DNA of 64,000 bases from Minisyncoccota bacterium (GTDB lineage: Bacteria > Patescibacteriota > Microgenomatia > PFEM01 > JAFGMK01). The stretch spans positions 13,119-77,118 of the forward strand of contig JAFGMK010000018.1 of the NCBI GenBank assembly GCA_016927565.1, given 5' to 3'. This document shows positions 39,713-49,290 of this stretch, in pieces. Under the pieces are notes generated by a model. It searched no databases. It was not told the origin of the DNA and was given only the letters and a program-made list of their open reading frames with translations. A program made the translations under genes and the position numbers. Numbering within the stretch: position 1 is the first letter of the stretch; the number at the start of each line of letters is the position of its first letter.

Positions 39713-39861
39713 GAGATTATTGAATAAAGTCTTGATCCATTGTCATTCTGACCCTGCCTTGTCATTCAGAGGCCGAAGGCCGAAGAATCCCTTCGGGTTC
39801 AAGCCGGGGATTCTTCGCTTCTTTCAGGATGACGGCGAGAAAATTTTTATTCAACAGTCTC
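39713..39861. repeat. MITE/REP-like intergenic element, copy 3 (149 bp)
   Basis: GAGATTATTGAATAA / TTATTCAACAGTCTC ends; colinear with 623-771. Confidence 0.85.
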
Positions 39862-39892
39862 AAAAAGACAGGCATGATAGCTGAGATAATTG

Positions 39893-41671
39893 ATGAATAA
39901 ATCCCTAAAAGCAGTTAAAAAAGTTTTTCTCCTAAGCCTGATTGCTTTGTTTTTTTGGGCCCTTTTTTCTTTGGAAGAAGTCAGGCAAAATTTTGTTTTT
40001 GCCGCCACTTGCGACACGGCCGATTGCGGCAGTATTGAAGAGTGTCAGCAAAAACAAAACGAATGTTGGGAGATTTGGGGCTTGTATGACGTGGCTAATG
40101 AAAAAAACAAAGAGGAGCTGGCAGTTTTAAAAAAAAGACTGGATGAAATTGTAATTGGCCTGTCAAAGGCCCAGGATCAGATCGATCAATTGGAAAAAAG
40201 CATTGTCCGGCAGGAAGAGGTTTTAAAAAGCAAAGAAAAAGTTTTTGCTTTCCGGGTTCGCAGTTTTTATAAAAGAAGCTATCAATTTTCCCCTTTGCTG
40301 GTTTTTTTAGCATCGAACACAGCCTCTTCGTTGACCCGGGAACTTTCTTACCGCCAAGCGGCGGCAGACGAGGACAGAAAGGCGATTGCCAGTCTCTCGA
40401 TCAGTTTGAATAATCTTGAGAAAGACAAGCAGTCACTGGAGGAAAAAGGAGCCTGGCTGGAGAAAACTCAGGCTGAAATCAGTCAGACAACTTTGTTTTT
40501 AGATCGGGAAGTTGCCAAAGCCGAGGCCTACTTGGGCAGTCTGAAAGGGAGAATTGCCCAATTATCAGCCAAACAAGAGGCTTTATTAGCGGCCAGAGCC
40601 GGGACTTTTACCACCAGTGTGGGCGAGGTGCCGATTTCAAATATTCCCTGTTCCGGTCCGCCCGGCAGTCCTTCTTTTTGTGACCCGGGCGGGGGAGATT
40701 GGTTTGGGGCCTTTTCTTTCGGCGGCTGGACTCACCGGAAAGGGATGAGTCAGTATGGCGCTAAGGGCCGGGCTGAAGCCGGTCAAAATGCCAGCCAGAT
40801 TCTTCAGGCTTATTACGGTCGGGAACCGGTCGGCAAAGACACCGGAGGAGCAATCCAGGTAACTGGAATTGGCGCCCTGGATTTTGAGAATTACTATTTG
40901 ATGGGAATTGCCGAAATGCCTTCCGGTTGGTCTCAGGAGGCTCTCAGGGCTCAGGCGATTGCCGCCCGGAGCTTTGCCTACCGGTATAAGAGCCAGGGTC
41001 GGGCGATTTGTACTACTCAGGCATGCCAGGTTTTTTCCAGTTCTAAAGCTAATAATCCGCCGTCAGCCTGGCGGCAGGCGGTTGAATCAACCCGGGGTCA
41101 GGTGATTGAAGAAGTGGTGGCTTTTTATTCTTCGACGGCCGGCGGGTATTTAACTTATCCGACCGGTCTTTGGGATACAATCGACGGTCAGGGCGGGCCG
41201 GGATTTGCTTCCCGAGCTTGGGAAAGCAAGGCCGGTTCACCCTGGTTTTATTCCAGTTGGTATACTCAGAATTTCACTGCCAGCTCGGCCAAGTGCGGCC
41301 GATCTCACCCCTGGCTAACCGCTGAGGAAATGGCTGATATCTTAAATGCCTGGCAGGTTTTAACTCATCAGGAAAATGACAGCCGGATTTTGCCGGAAAC
41401 TATTAATCAGTGTCCGATAGGCGGGGTTTCAGGCAGTCCTTATTCCAAAATTGAGTTAAAGGAACGGGCGGAAAGTCTTGGCCGCGGTTTTTCCCGTGTT
41501 TCCGGAGTAACGGTAATTTATAGTCAAAACGGAGAGACCAGTTCGGTTAATCTGGAAACTGACCGGGGTTCAGTTAGCCTTGCCGGCTCAGAGTTTAAAC
41601 AGGCTTTTAATCTTCGAGCGCCCGGTTATATTGCTATCCGCAGTCCTCTATTTAGTATTGAGAGGAAATAG
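39893..41671 (+). CDS. Secreted coiled-coil + SpoIID/LytB domain cell-wall hydrolase
   Basis: Signal/TM, long coiled coil, HRKGMSQYGA, YLMGIAEMP..W..EALRAQAIAARS, ICTTQACQVF. Confidence 0.85.
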   Translation: MNKSLKAVKKVFLLSLIALFFWALFSLEEVRQNFVFAATCDTADCGSIEECQQKQNECWEIWGLYDVANEKNKEELAVLKKRLDEIVIGLSKAQDQIDQLEKSIVRQEEVLKSKEKVFAFRVRSFYKRSYQFSPLLVFLASNTASSLTRELSYRQAAADEDRKAIASLSISLNNLEKDKQSLEEKGAWLEKTQAEISQTTLFLDREVAKAEAYLGSLKGRIAQLSAKQEALLAARAGTFTTSVGEVPISNIPCSGPPGSPSFCDPGGGDWFGAFSFGGWTHRKGMSQYGAKGRAEAGQNASQILQAYYGREPVGKDTGGAIQVTGIGALDFENYYLMGIAEMPSGWSQEALRAQAIAARSFAYRYKSQGRAICTTQACQVFSSSKANNPPSAWRQAVESTRGQVIEEVVAFYSSTAGGYLTYPTGLWDTIDGQGGPGFASRAWESKAGSPWFYSSWYTQNFTASSAKCGRSHPWLTAEEMADILNAWQVLTHQENDSRILPETINQCPIGGVSGSPYSKIELKERAESLGRGFSRVSGVTVIYSQNGETSSVNLETDRGSVSLAGSEFKQAFNLRAPGYIAIRSPLFSIERK

Positions 41672-41695
41672 TATAATCAAAGCTAAAGAGAAAAA

Positions 41696-42328
41696 ATGAC
41701 TAAGCAGAACCCGAAGGCGGTTATTGAGGATAAGCGGCCGGAATTAGAAAAAGTCAAAGAAGAGAAAAAGGCCCATCCTATGGCTGCCTTTGTTCCGGTG
41801 CCCAGCAATTGGCGATTTGAAACCCAGGAAAAGAAAGAAAAGATTATTCTTTTGCTCCGGCGCCATTGGTTTACTAATCTGAGCTGGTTTCTGGCCGGAG
41901 TCTTCTTTTTTATTTTACCCGGAATTCTTTTCTTATTTGTTTCTTTCGATTTTATGCCGTTGCGTTTTCGAGTTGTCGGATTGGTGATTTGGTATTTAGT
42001 TTTAGCCGGATATTTTTTTGAACGCTTCTTAAATTGGTATTTTAATGTTTTTATCATTACCGATGAAAGGATTATTGATTTTGACTTTTTTGGTCTGATT
42101 TACAAGGAAGTCTCTGATGCTAAAATTGAAGATATTCAGGATGTGACCTATCGGGTAGGCGGTTTCGTCAGGAATTTGTTTGATTTCGGGGATGTTTTTT
42201 TTCAAACCTCGGCCGAACTTCCAAGGTTTGAGTTTCGTGATGTTCCTCAACCGGCCCGGGTAGCCAGAGTTCTGCGGGAGTTAATTACGGAAGAGGAAAT
42301 CGAAAAAATGGAAGGCAGGATCAGATAA
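41696..42328 (+). CDS. Membrane protein with bacterial PH domain
   Basis: LRRHW, 2 TM, IITDERIID, IQDV, FDFGDV. Confidence 0.78.
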   Translation: MTKQNPKAVIEDKRPELEKVKEEKKAHPMAAFVPVPSNWRFETQEKKEKIILLLRRHWFTNLSWFLAGVFFFILPGILFLFVSFDFMPLRFRVVGLVIWYLVLAGYFFERFLNWYFNVFIITDERIIDFDFFGLIYKEVSDAKIEDIQDVTYRVGGFVRNLFDFGDVFFQTSAELPRFEFRDVPQPARVARVLRELITEEEIEKMEGRIR

Positions 42329-42344
42329 TAATCTTTTAAAAAAT

Positions 42345-42596
42345 ATGACAGAATCACCTTTTGCTGAAATCTCGGGAGGATTGGTTGGTCTGAACCTTGG
42401 ATTATGGGGGCTGGTGAAGTTGGGGGTAGTCCTCGGTCTGCTTATCTATGTTGGTTTTGCCGTGATGATCTTGAGACAGGTGGGTTTAATGAACCAGTCT
42501 TTGAGTGCCGACCTCAGTTTGCGATTGAACTATTTAGCCCGTTTTTATTTGACAGCCACAATTATTGTTTTTTTTATCGCCCTCATCTTCCTTTGA
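42345..42596 (+). CDS. Small 2-TM membrane protein (DUF5657-like)
   Basis: IYVGFAVMILRQVGLM pattern. Confidence 0.6.
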   Translation: MTESPFAEISGGLVGLNLGLWGLVKLGVVLGLLIYVGFAVMILRQVGLMNQSLSADLSLRLNYLARFYLTATIIVFFIALIFL

Positions 42597-42605
42597 AAAA
42601 AGAGA

Positions 42606-44432
42606 ATGCTGAATTTTTGTTTTGAGATTGCCAAAATTGTGGGGGCTTCAACTGACCGGGCTTGGGCTCAGGTTCATACTTTTTTGCCGATCCAATCAGA
42701 AAAACTTGAGAAAAGGGGTCAGCTTCTGGCTGTTTTTTCCCTGAGGAAAACCGGGGAAGGGAGTGAAATTGCCGCTTTCGGGCGGGAGGTGATTACCCGA
42801 TTTCATGAAGAGTATTTTGGCCGTTTGGGGGGCTCGATTCATCGCTGTCTCAGACAGGCGGTTGCCAAAGTGGCGGCAGAGGCCGCCGGAGGTTTTGAGA
42901 TTGAAATCGTGGCGGCTGTTTTGGGATCGGGAGCGGTTTTTTTGGTTGCCTTTGGTCCGGGGAAAGTTTTTTTAAAACGGAATGGTTCTTTAGCAGTTAT
43001 TTGTAGCGGCAAAAGAGGAAAGATTGTTTCTTCCAGCGGTTATCCTCAAAAAGGCGACTTTTTCTTTTTGACTAATCGGCGCCTGGGGGAAAATCTGGCT
43101 GAGGGAACTTTACAGGCAGTTTTGGGAGGATGTCTGGTTCGGGAATCAGCCGAAATTTTAGCCCCCTTTGCCTATCAAAAAAGAGGTCTTTCGACTCCGG
43201 CAGGAGTAGTTGCTGAGATAAGGTCGGCAGAAAGGATAATCGAGGAAGAGAAAAAACAAAAGAGAAAAAAAAGCCGCTTGCTAAAAATAAAACCGGCTCT
43301 CAAAAAACCGTTGTTTTTTAAGTCAGCGGCTGCCAATAAAAGGAGAAAATCTGAAGTGGCTTTCGGAGTGGTTTTTGCTTCAGCTCTTCTTTTAGCAGCT
43401 AGTTTGATCCGGGGCGGTTTAAAGAAGGCCGGATTTTGGCAGCCGTCGGAAGACTCTGTGATTAGTCAACAGATCCAAGTTAAAATTAACGATGCCCAGT
43501 CTTTGATTGACCTTAACCCCACTCGGTCGAAACAGCTTTTTTTGGAAGCCGAGCAGATGCTGGATGATTTGACTGACAGGAGAGCGGCAGAGATTATCCC
43601 GGAATTCAGGCAGGTGATTCTGACAGGCCTGAGGCTGATATCGGGAGAACACGTCCTGGACCGGCTGCCCCTTTTTTTTGATTTGGAAATTATTAAAGAA
43701 AACGGCCGGGGCGAGAGTTTGGCTCTGGGAGGTGAAAGCTTGTTGGTCTTGGATATCGGCAGTCAGGTTATTTATCAGCTGGAAATTTCAGACAGGAAGG
43801 GAGAAATTTTGGCCGGAGGGGAGATTTTGGAGGGAGCGGTTGGTTTGACGGTTTCGCTTCAGGAAATCTTTGTCCTTACCGCCCGAGGGGTAGTTCAGAT
43901 GGGAATAAGAGATGATGGTGTGGTGCAGATAATAGAAGCGGATAGTAATTGGCAGGAGCCGGTTAGTCTTAATTTCTTCGGAGACAATCTTTACCTTTGG
44001 GACAGAGGCCGTTTGGATTTATATCGTTATCCGGCAGTTGAGTCGGGCTTCGGACCGCGGCAATTTTGGCTTAGGGAAAAAAGAGAAAATTTAAAAGGAG
44101 TTGTTTCGGTCGCGATTGATGGCGCGGTTTGGTTCTTGAAAGAAGACGGGGAAGTTCTAAAATTTACTCGCGGGACGGCAGAAGATTTTTCGGTGGTTGG
44201 TCTTGAAGAGCCGTTTGCTTCTCCCCGGAAAATTTTTACCGGGCCGGATCTGGAGCGGCTTTATATTTTGGATTCAGAAAACCGGCGGGTAGTCATTTTG
44301 GGAAAAGACGGCCGGTATGAATCCCAGTATAAATGGTCGGAAGAAAGAATTGAAGATCTGGTTGTTTCGGAAGAGAGAGGGAAAATTTGGTTGTTGGGGG
44401 AAAATAAGATTTACGAGATGGAGTTGGAATGA
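42606..44432 (+). CDS. Degenerate PP2C-like domain + TM + extracellular beta-propeller protein
   Basis: PP2C-like N-terminus lacking obvious catalytic Asp motifs; TM near aa 250; NHL-like repeats (NLYLWD, VAIDGAVW, LYILD). Confidence 0.65.
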   Translation: MLNFCFEIAKIVGASTDRAWAQVHTFLPIQSEKLEKRGQLLAVFSLRKTGEGSEIAAFGREVITRFHEEYFGRLGGSIHRCLRQAVAKVAAEAAGGFEIEIVAAVLGSGAVFLVAFGPGKVFLKRNGSLAVICSGKRGKIVSSSGYPQKGDFFFLTNRRLGENLAEGTLQAVLGGCLVRESAEILAPFAYQKRGLSTPAGVVAEIRSAERIIEEEKKQKRKKSRLLKIKPALKKPLFFKSAAANKRRKSEVAFGVVFASALLLAASLIRGGLKKAGFWQPSEDSVISQQIQVKINDAQSLIDLNPTRSKQLFLEAEQMLDDLTDRRAAEIIPEFRQVILTGLRLISGEHVLDRLPLFFDLEIIKENGRGESLALGGESLLVLDIGSQVIYQLEISDRKGEILAGGEILEGAVGLTVSLQEIFVLTARGVVQMGIRDDGVVQIIEADSNWQEPVSLNFFGDNLYLWDRGRLDLYRYPAVESGFGPRQFWLREKRENLKGVVSVAIDGAVWFLKEDGEVLKFTRGTAEDFSVVGLEEPFASPRKIFTGPDLERLYILDSENRRVVILGKDGRYESQYKWSEERIEDLVVSEERGKIWLLGENKIYEMELE

Positions 44433-44476
44433 CAGGCAATAGGGGCAAGGTAATGAGGAAAGGAAAAAAGAGTTTT

Positions 44477-44920
44477 ATGAAAGTTTTTAACCGGCGGGCA
44501 AAATATGATTATTATCTTCTGGAAAAATTTGAAGCGGGAATTGTTTTGACCGGAGCTGAAGTTAAATCGGTCAGAGAGAATAAAATTAAGCTGGCAGAAA
44601 GTTTTGTTCGGTTAAGAGAGGATGGGGCTTATCTGGTTAACGCTCATATTTCTCCCTACCGATATGCCCGAAACCAGTCTTATCAGCCAACCAGATCCCG
44701 CCGCCTTCTGCTTCATAAAAAACAAATTCTTTCTTTGATGAAAAAGATGGAGGGCCGGGGTTTGGCTTTGGTTCCGTATAGTTGTTATCTTAAAAGAAAC
44801 AAAATTAAACTGGGGATTGCTTTGGCTCGGGGAAAGAAAAAATGGGACAAGAGGGAGGCAGTTAAAAAGAGAGATTTAAAAAGAGAAGCGGAAAGGGAAC
44901 TTCGGGCCTATGAGAGTTGA
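44477..44920 (+). CDS. smpB: SsrA-binding protein
   Basis: NRRAKYDY, EAGIVLTGAEVKS, RRLLLHKK, RGKKKWDKR; directly upstream of tmRNA. Confidence 0.97.
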   Translation: MKVFNRRAKYDYYLLEKFEAGIVLTGAEVKSVRENKIKLAESFVRLREDGAYLVNAHISPYRYARNQSYQPTRSRRLLLHKKQILSLMKKMEGRGLALVPYSCYLKRNKIKLGIALARGKKKWDKREAVKKRDLKREAERELRAYES

Positions 44921-44955
44921 TTTCAGGGTCTTGATTTGGTAGAATGCTTCTCATT

Positions 44956-45343
44956 GGGGACGAAAGGTTTCGACGGAGCCGGCTCTTTAACAACTGCAAG
45001 CCGCCGTTGATTCATCGGCGTTAAACAGAATCAAAAAAATAAATGCTGAAGACGAAGATTTCAGCGGTTCTTATGCTTATGGCAATTTTGTCTACGCAAC
45101 CTTGCCTTGCTAAGACCTGTCTTTGAGATTCTTTCCTGATGGAGTCTTTAAAGGCATAAACCCAGTCAGGATGCCGTCTTAAAACAGTTGACTAGCGGTT
45201 TAAGATCAAGCCTAATTAGTCTTAGCCCCGCTTTCCGGTTGGCAGGATCAGGCTGGGGTGAAAAAAAATAAAAGCCGACTAAGCTTGTAGAAGTTGTTGA
45301 AAGTATGTTTCGGACCCCGGTTCAAATCCGGGCGTCTCCACCA
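44956..45343 (+). ncRNA. ssrA: tmRNA
   Basis: 5' GGGGACGAAAGGTTTCGAC; 3' T-arm CCCGGTTCAAATCCGGG + CGTCTCCACCA; resume context ATAAAT-GCT at 45045. Confidence 0.96.
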
Positions 45344-45346
45344 AAG

Positions 45347-45378
45347 AAAAAGCCCGGTCTTAGGCCGGGATTTTTTTT
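45347..45378 (+). terminator. Intrinsic terminator after ssrA
   Basis: CCCGGTC-TTA-GGCCGGG hairpin followed by T8. Confidence 0.8.
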
Positions 45379-45394
45379 ATGCTAAGCTTGATTA

Positions 45395-46090
45395 ATGGCT
45401 TTAGTTGATTATATTTTTCCCCGTCGCTGTTTGGGCTGCGGAGAATTTGGCAATTATTTTTGCTCTGAATGTCTGAAATTGATTAAGCCGCCCAGGCGGC
45501 CGATTTGTCCGCAGTGTTTTAATCCCTCGCTTTTGGGTTCAACTCACTCTGCCTGTTTGAAACCGCTTTCGCTTGATGGCCTGGTTGCTGTTTCCAATTA
45601 TGAAGGCGCGGTTAAACAAGCGATCAAGAAATTAAAATACCAGTTTGTAACTGATTTAGCCGGGGATTTGGCTTCTTTGATGATCCGGTTTCTCAGGAAG
45701 TATCAGGGTAAATTATGGCCTGAGTTTGATTCGTCTTGGGTTTTGCTTCCGATTCCTCTTTATCCTCAAAGACAAAAATGGCGCGGTTTTAATCAGGCCG
45801 GACTTTTAGGGAGATTGATCGCCGGCAAGATGGGTTGGAGTTATAAAGACGGGATATTGATTAGAACAAGACCTGCTAAGCCTCAAGCCGAAATAAATAA
45901 CAGTAAACAGCGTCGGGCAAACGTCCGCTGGGTTTTTAAAGTGAGGCGCGAAGTTCAGGCTGTCATCCGGGAAAAGAAAGTTATTCTTTTTGATGATGTC
46001 TGGACAACCGGCTCAACGATTAAGGAATGTGCCCAGGTTTTAAAGAGAAGGAAAGTAGGTAAAGTTTGGGGATTGGCATTGGCTCGTTAG
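45395..46090 (+). CDS. comF: ComF family protein (double Zn ribbon + PRTase-like)
   Basis: CLGC...CSEC...CPQC, IKKLKY, RGFNQA, ILFDDVWTTGST. Confidence 0.9.
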   Translation: MALVDYIFPRRCLGCGEFGNYFCSECLKLIKPPRRPICPQCFNPSLLGSTHSACLKPLSLDGLVAVSNYEGAVKQAIKKLKYQFVTDLAGDLASLMIRFLRKYQGKLWPEFDSSWVLLPIPLYPQRQKWRGFNQAGLLGRLIAGKMGWSYKDGILIRTRPAKPQAEINNSKQRRANVRWVFKVRREVQAVIREKKVILFDDVWTTGSTIKECAQVLKRRKVGKVWGLALAR

Positions 46091-46126
46091 GGAAATGAGG
46101 CTGAATTTGATATACTATTAACCTGG

Positions 46127-46209
46127 GGAGAGTTGCGCCGAATGGCAAGGCACAGGTTTGCTAAACCTGCGTCCGCAAGGACTTGTGGGTTCGAGTCCCA
46201 CACTCTCCG
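46127..46209 (+). tRNA. tRNA-Ser(GCT)
   Basis: GGAGAGT/ACTCTCC acceptor, CAGGT-TTGCTAA-ACCTG, long variable arm, GTTCGAGTC. Confidence 0.93.
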
Positions 46210-46427
46210 CAATAAAAAACATTGCCGGTATCCTTAAGATCACTAAAGGCAAAAGAATAAGAGGAGCGATAATCTTTGATTATTTAGCGGCAACAGCTTT
46301 GGTGAATGGAATCGGTTGGATCTGTATTAAAAATGTTGAGGGTTTTAAGTCGGTTTGGGTAAGATTAGGCGGGAAAACCATTCGCTGTGAGCGCTTGAAG
46401 CGGAGCAGGGGGGGGTTGGCTTATTGA

Positions 46428-46515
46428 GGAGGGTTGGCTGAGCGGTTAAAAGCGGTGGTCTTGAAAACCATTGCCCCCCGTGGGCACACAGGTTCGAATC
46501 CTGTACCCTCCGCCA
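46428..46515 (+). tRNA. tRNA-Ser(TGA)
   Basis: GGAGGGT/ACCCTCC, GTGGT-CTTGAAA-ACCAT, long variable arm, encoded CCA. Confidence 0.95.
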
Positions 46516-46639
46516 GTTAGGAAATGTCTTTGTTGACTCGCCCTCTGCGAGGGCTCGCCAGCCGATTTTAAGCGCGAATTGGAATTTTTTATTTTTGGCC
46601 CGAAGAGGCTGGCAAAAAGCGGGATTTTTTCATTTTTAA

Positions 46640-46792
46640 TCATAGCGGGCTTCTTATATTTCTGAGTTTTGGGTTGGCCACTTGCGTATATCTTTGCGTT
46701 GTTCTTACATTTGAATCACGCAAAGCGTTCTTAAAAACTTTTTGTGCTGTTCTTGAGTTTCAGAAGCTTAATAAAGCTGAGAGTGAAGGTCA
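46640..46792 (-). pseudogene. Relic of a tyrosine recombinase C-terminus
   Basis: Minus frame reads ...ALRDSNVRTTQRYTQVANPKLRNIRSPL*, a box II with the catalytic Tyr; box I region (TFHSL..SF-like) is frameshifted. Confidence 0.65.
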
Positions 46793-46865
46793 GGAAAACT
46801 GTACAACATTGAGAGGGATTTTTTGGCAGCTTGGTGTATTCTATTTCTTAGAAGGATAAATATTA

Positions 46866-47097
46866 ATGGCTATAGGAAAAGAAATCAGTAGGAGAGATTT
46901 TTCTCCGAACTAGCGCTTTGGCTGCCGCAGACATGGCCGCAGCTGCTTGCGAGCCAAGGGCCGGATGGTTACCTGAACTCCCCTCTCCAGCAGAAAGACC
47001 AGAGGACGAAATCCTAGCCACTCATCCCCCGCCTAACAAAGAAGGAACAGGAAAGCCCTTTACTACCCGGAGAATTCTATGCTTACCCCTCTGTTGA
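46866..47097 (+). pseudogene. Frameshifted Tat-signal lipoprotein fragment
   Basis: MAIGKEISRRDF, then removing one T from a T5 run gives LRTSALAAADMAAAAC-EPR... Confidence 0.55.
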
Positions 47098-47312
47098 CTG
47101 CCAAGCCAGAATCTAAAGAGGATGACGGCGATCCACAAAAGCAAGCAAGAAAAATGATGTTGGAGGCTCTTTGGGGAAGGTTTAAGGCAAAGCTGTTAGA
47201 ACGCTTCCCAAAAAAACTCAATAGTTCCTCCGGAACACCTTGCTTTTCACACGGCTACCTAGCCCAATTATCAGCTCAATGGTAAAATAGAACCAGAAAA
47301 AGTGGTAAAAAA

Positions 47313-47687
47313 GTGAAGAAGACGTATTTATTAGCAGACAGCGCTCTAGCATATCTACTCCAAGTTGCCTTGAGCTTCCAGAAACCTTACAAGGAAAAAA
47401 TTGACTCTATAACTTACAGGGAAAGCTCTCTCATGTGTGTTAAAACAGAAGCCTCTTTAGCGACGCTCGCTTCAGTCGAAGGAAAAGATAAGTTATTTAC
47501 CTTAAAAACCATGCTCGGCTTCCAAACAGTAACAAGGCTTAAAGAACAAGCTAGAAATCTTAAACAGAAGGTTTGCGCTTCACAGGTTGTGGGAGGCTCA
47601 AGGAGCAACGTGGTAGCAATTGCATCACTCTTACACGACGCAGAACAACTTTCCAAGTACGCTGACAGTTTATCAAAGTATAAGTAA
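47313..47687 (+). CDS. Hypothetical protein/fragment
   Basis: 124-aa ORF with atypical composition. Confidence 0.4.
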   Translation: MKKTYLLADSALAYLLQVALSFQKPYKEKIDSITYRESSLMCVKTEASLATLASVEGKDKLFTLKTMLGFQTVTRLKEQARNLKQKVCASQVVGGSRSNVVAIASLLHDAEQLSKYADSLSKYK

Positions 47688-47850
47688 GAAAGATGAAAAC
47701 CTGGGTCTAAAAGAGTTGTTCGAAAAAATCAGCTAACATCGGTATATACCGAAACGTCAGTCTGAAAATTTCATCTTTTCCTGCCACAGCGCATAGTTGC
47801 CGGGCGTTATCGGAAATAACAAAAGCCCTGCTTAATGGTTATAAAAAACT

Positions 47851-48231
47851 ATGAGGATAAATCATATTACTATCTTAGTTTCTAACAGGCTAAAATCTGC
47901 TAAGTTTTATTCAGAGATTTTGGGACTGGAAATAGCTGAAAAGGGCAAGTCAAGATGGATAAAAATTGGTGACCAATATTTACACTTAGCGCAAGATTCT
48001 GGAAAACCGATTAAGGGCAGTTTCTATCATTTTTGTATTGAAGTAAAGAACGTTATTGATTTCGTCAAAAAATTGATTTCTAAAGGGGTTGACGTTTTTG
48101 ATCTCAACGATGAGCTAAATAAGGTAAATGTCAATCAAAACTTAGACAGAAAACACCGCCAATTTTTCATAAATGATCCGGACGGCAATATGATAGAGTT
48201 ATGCGACAAAAATAACGAGTACTTTAAATAA
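47851..48231 (+). CDS. VOC/glyoxalase family protein
   Basis: INHITILV, FYSEILGL, HFCIEV, FFINDPDGNMIEL. Confidence 0.9.
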   Translation: MRINHITILVSNRLKSAKFYSEILGLEIAEKGKSRWIKIGDQYLHLAQDSGKPIKGSFYHFCIEVKNVIDFVKKLISKGVDVFDLNDELNKVNVNQNLDRKHRQFFINDPDGNMIELCDKNNEYFK

Positions 48232-48336
48232 ACGTTTTTGTTACATCTAATAATACGGTATTTCCGGTTTGCTGCCCGGTTTGCGCTTGTTCTTTTATCT
48301 TGATATAATTTAGGTATTAGAAGTTAGTTTAAAAAC

Positions 48337-49098
48337 ATGCGCAAAATTAATCTGAAAAATCTTGTTTGGAAAGGGGGGAAATATTATGTTTCCTGCATTT
48401 CTTTGATTGCTGTTGCCTTGATTGCCGGGAGTGTCGTTTATTGGCGGCAGAAAACTCTATTTCAAGTTAAATGGGAAGGATTCCAGTTACAATTGGCTTC
48501 GTTGAATAGCCGATTAGAATCAGCCCAACAAGAAAATGAAGAACTTGCCAAAAAGTTGAGTATCAAATCGGAAGTTGCCACCGGCAGTAATCAAATCGAA
48601 GAGCCTGCCTCTGACAGCAAGTGGAATAAATTTATCTCTGATAGTTCTGGCCCTCTGGCTAAAACCTATTTATTGAGAGAGGATGGGTTATCATATTCAT
48701 CTGTCGAATCTGATATTTCTTTTTCAATTGAATATCCTGCCGATTGGACATGTAACAATGGCGTCTTTTCTTCAAAAGGTAAAAAGATCGCCGAATTTTC
48801 CCCGGGACTTGTTATTTTACAGCCTGGCCAGGGATGTTTTGAGGGTGGAATAATGGATCATGGCGGTGAGTTAATTTCTGAGACAACTGTTTCTATTGGT
48901 GGCCGCCAAGGGATACATCGAGTTGAGATTTGCGGTTATGAGGGCGGTTATCCGGATTACATTGGCACCTGGTACCCGAATATCTTCTGTTTAGAAGAAG
49001 GAGAAAAAGCTTTTAAGATGTCATTTTATGAACATGAATTGGGGGCTGGAGATAGAGCGCTTTTCGAGAAAATATTAGCAACGCTAAAATTTGAATAA
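48337..49098 (+). CDS. Membrane-anchored coiled-coil protein with PsbP-like C-terminal domain
   Basis: N-terminal TM, FSIEYPADW, C-terminal FEKILATLKF. Confidence 0.65.
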   Translation: MRKINLKNLVWKGGKYYVSCISLIAVALIAGSVVYWRQKTLFQVKWEGFQLQLASLNSRLESAQQENEELAKKLSIKSEVATGSNQIEEPASDSKWNKFISDSSGPLAKTYLLREDGLSYSSVESDISFSIEYPADWTCNNGVFSSKGKKIAEFSPGLVILQPGQGCFEGGIMDHGGELISETTVSIGGRQGIHRVEICGYEGGYPDYIGTWYPNIFCLEEGEKAFKMSFYEHELGAGDRALFEKILATLKFE

Positions 49099-49290
49099 AA
49101 AACCGGCCCGATATCACATCACACGGCATGCGAAGTTCGACGCTTAGCTCATGCTTCGCCCAACCCTCTGGATTGTTGTACAATACGATTATGGCGATCG
49201 ATAGGTTTTTAAGGCACACCGCCGGTCGGAAAATGTCTTTGTTGGCTTACTCTTTGAAGGGCTCGGCCGGTTATTTTCTATATACGGAAT

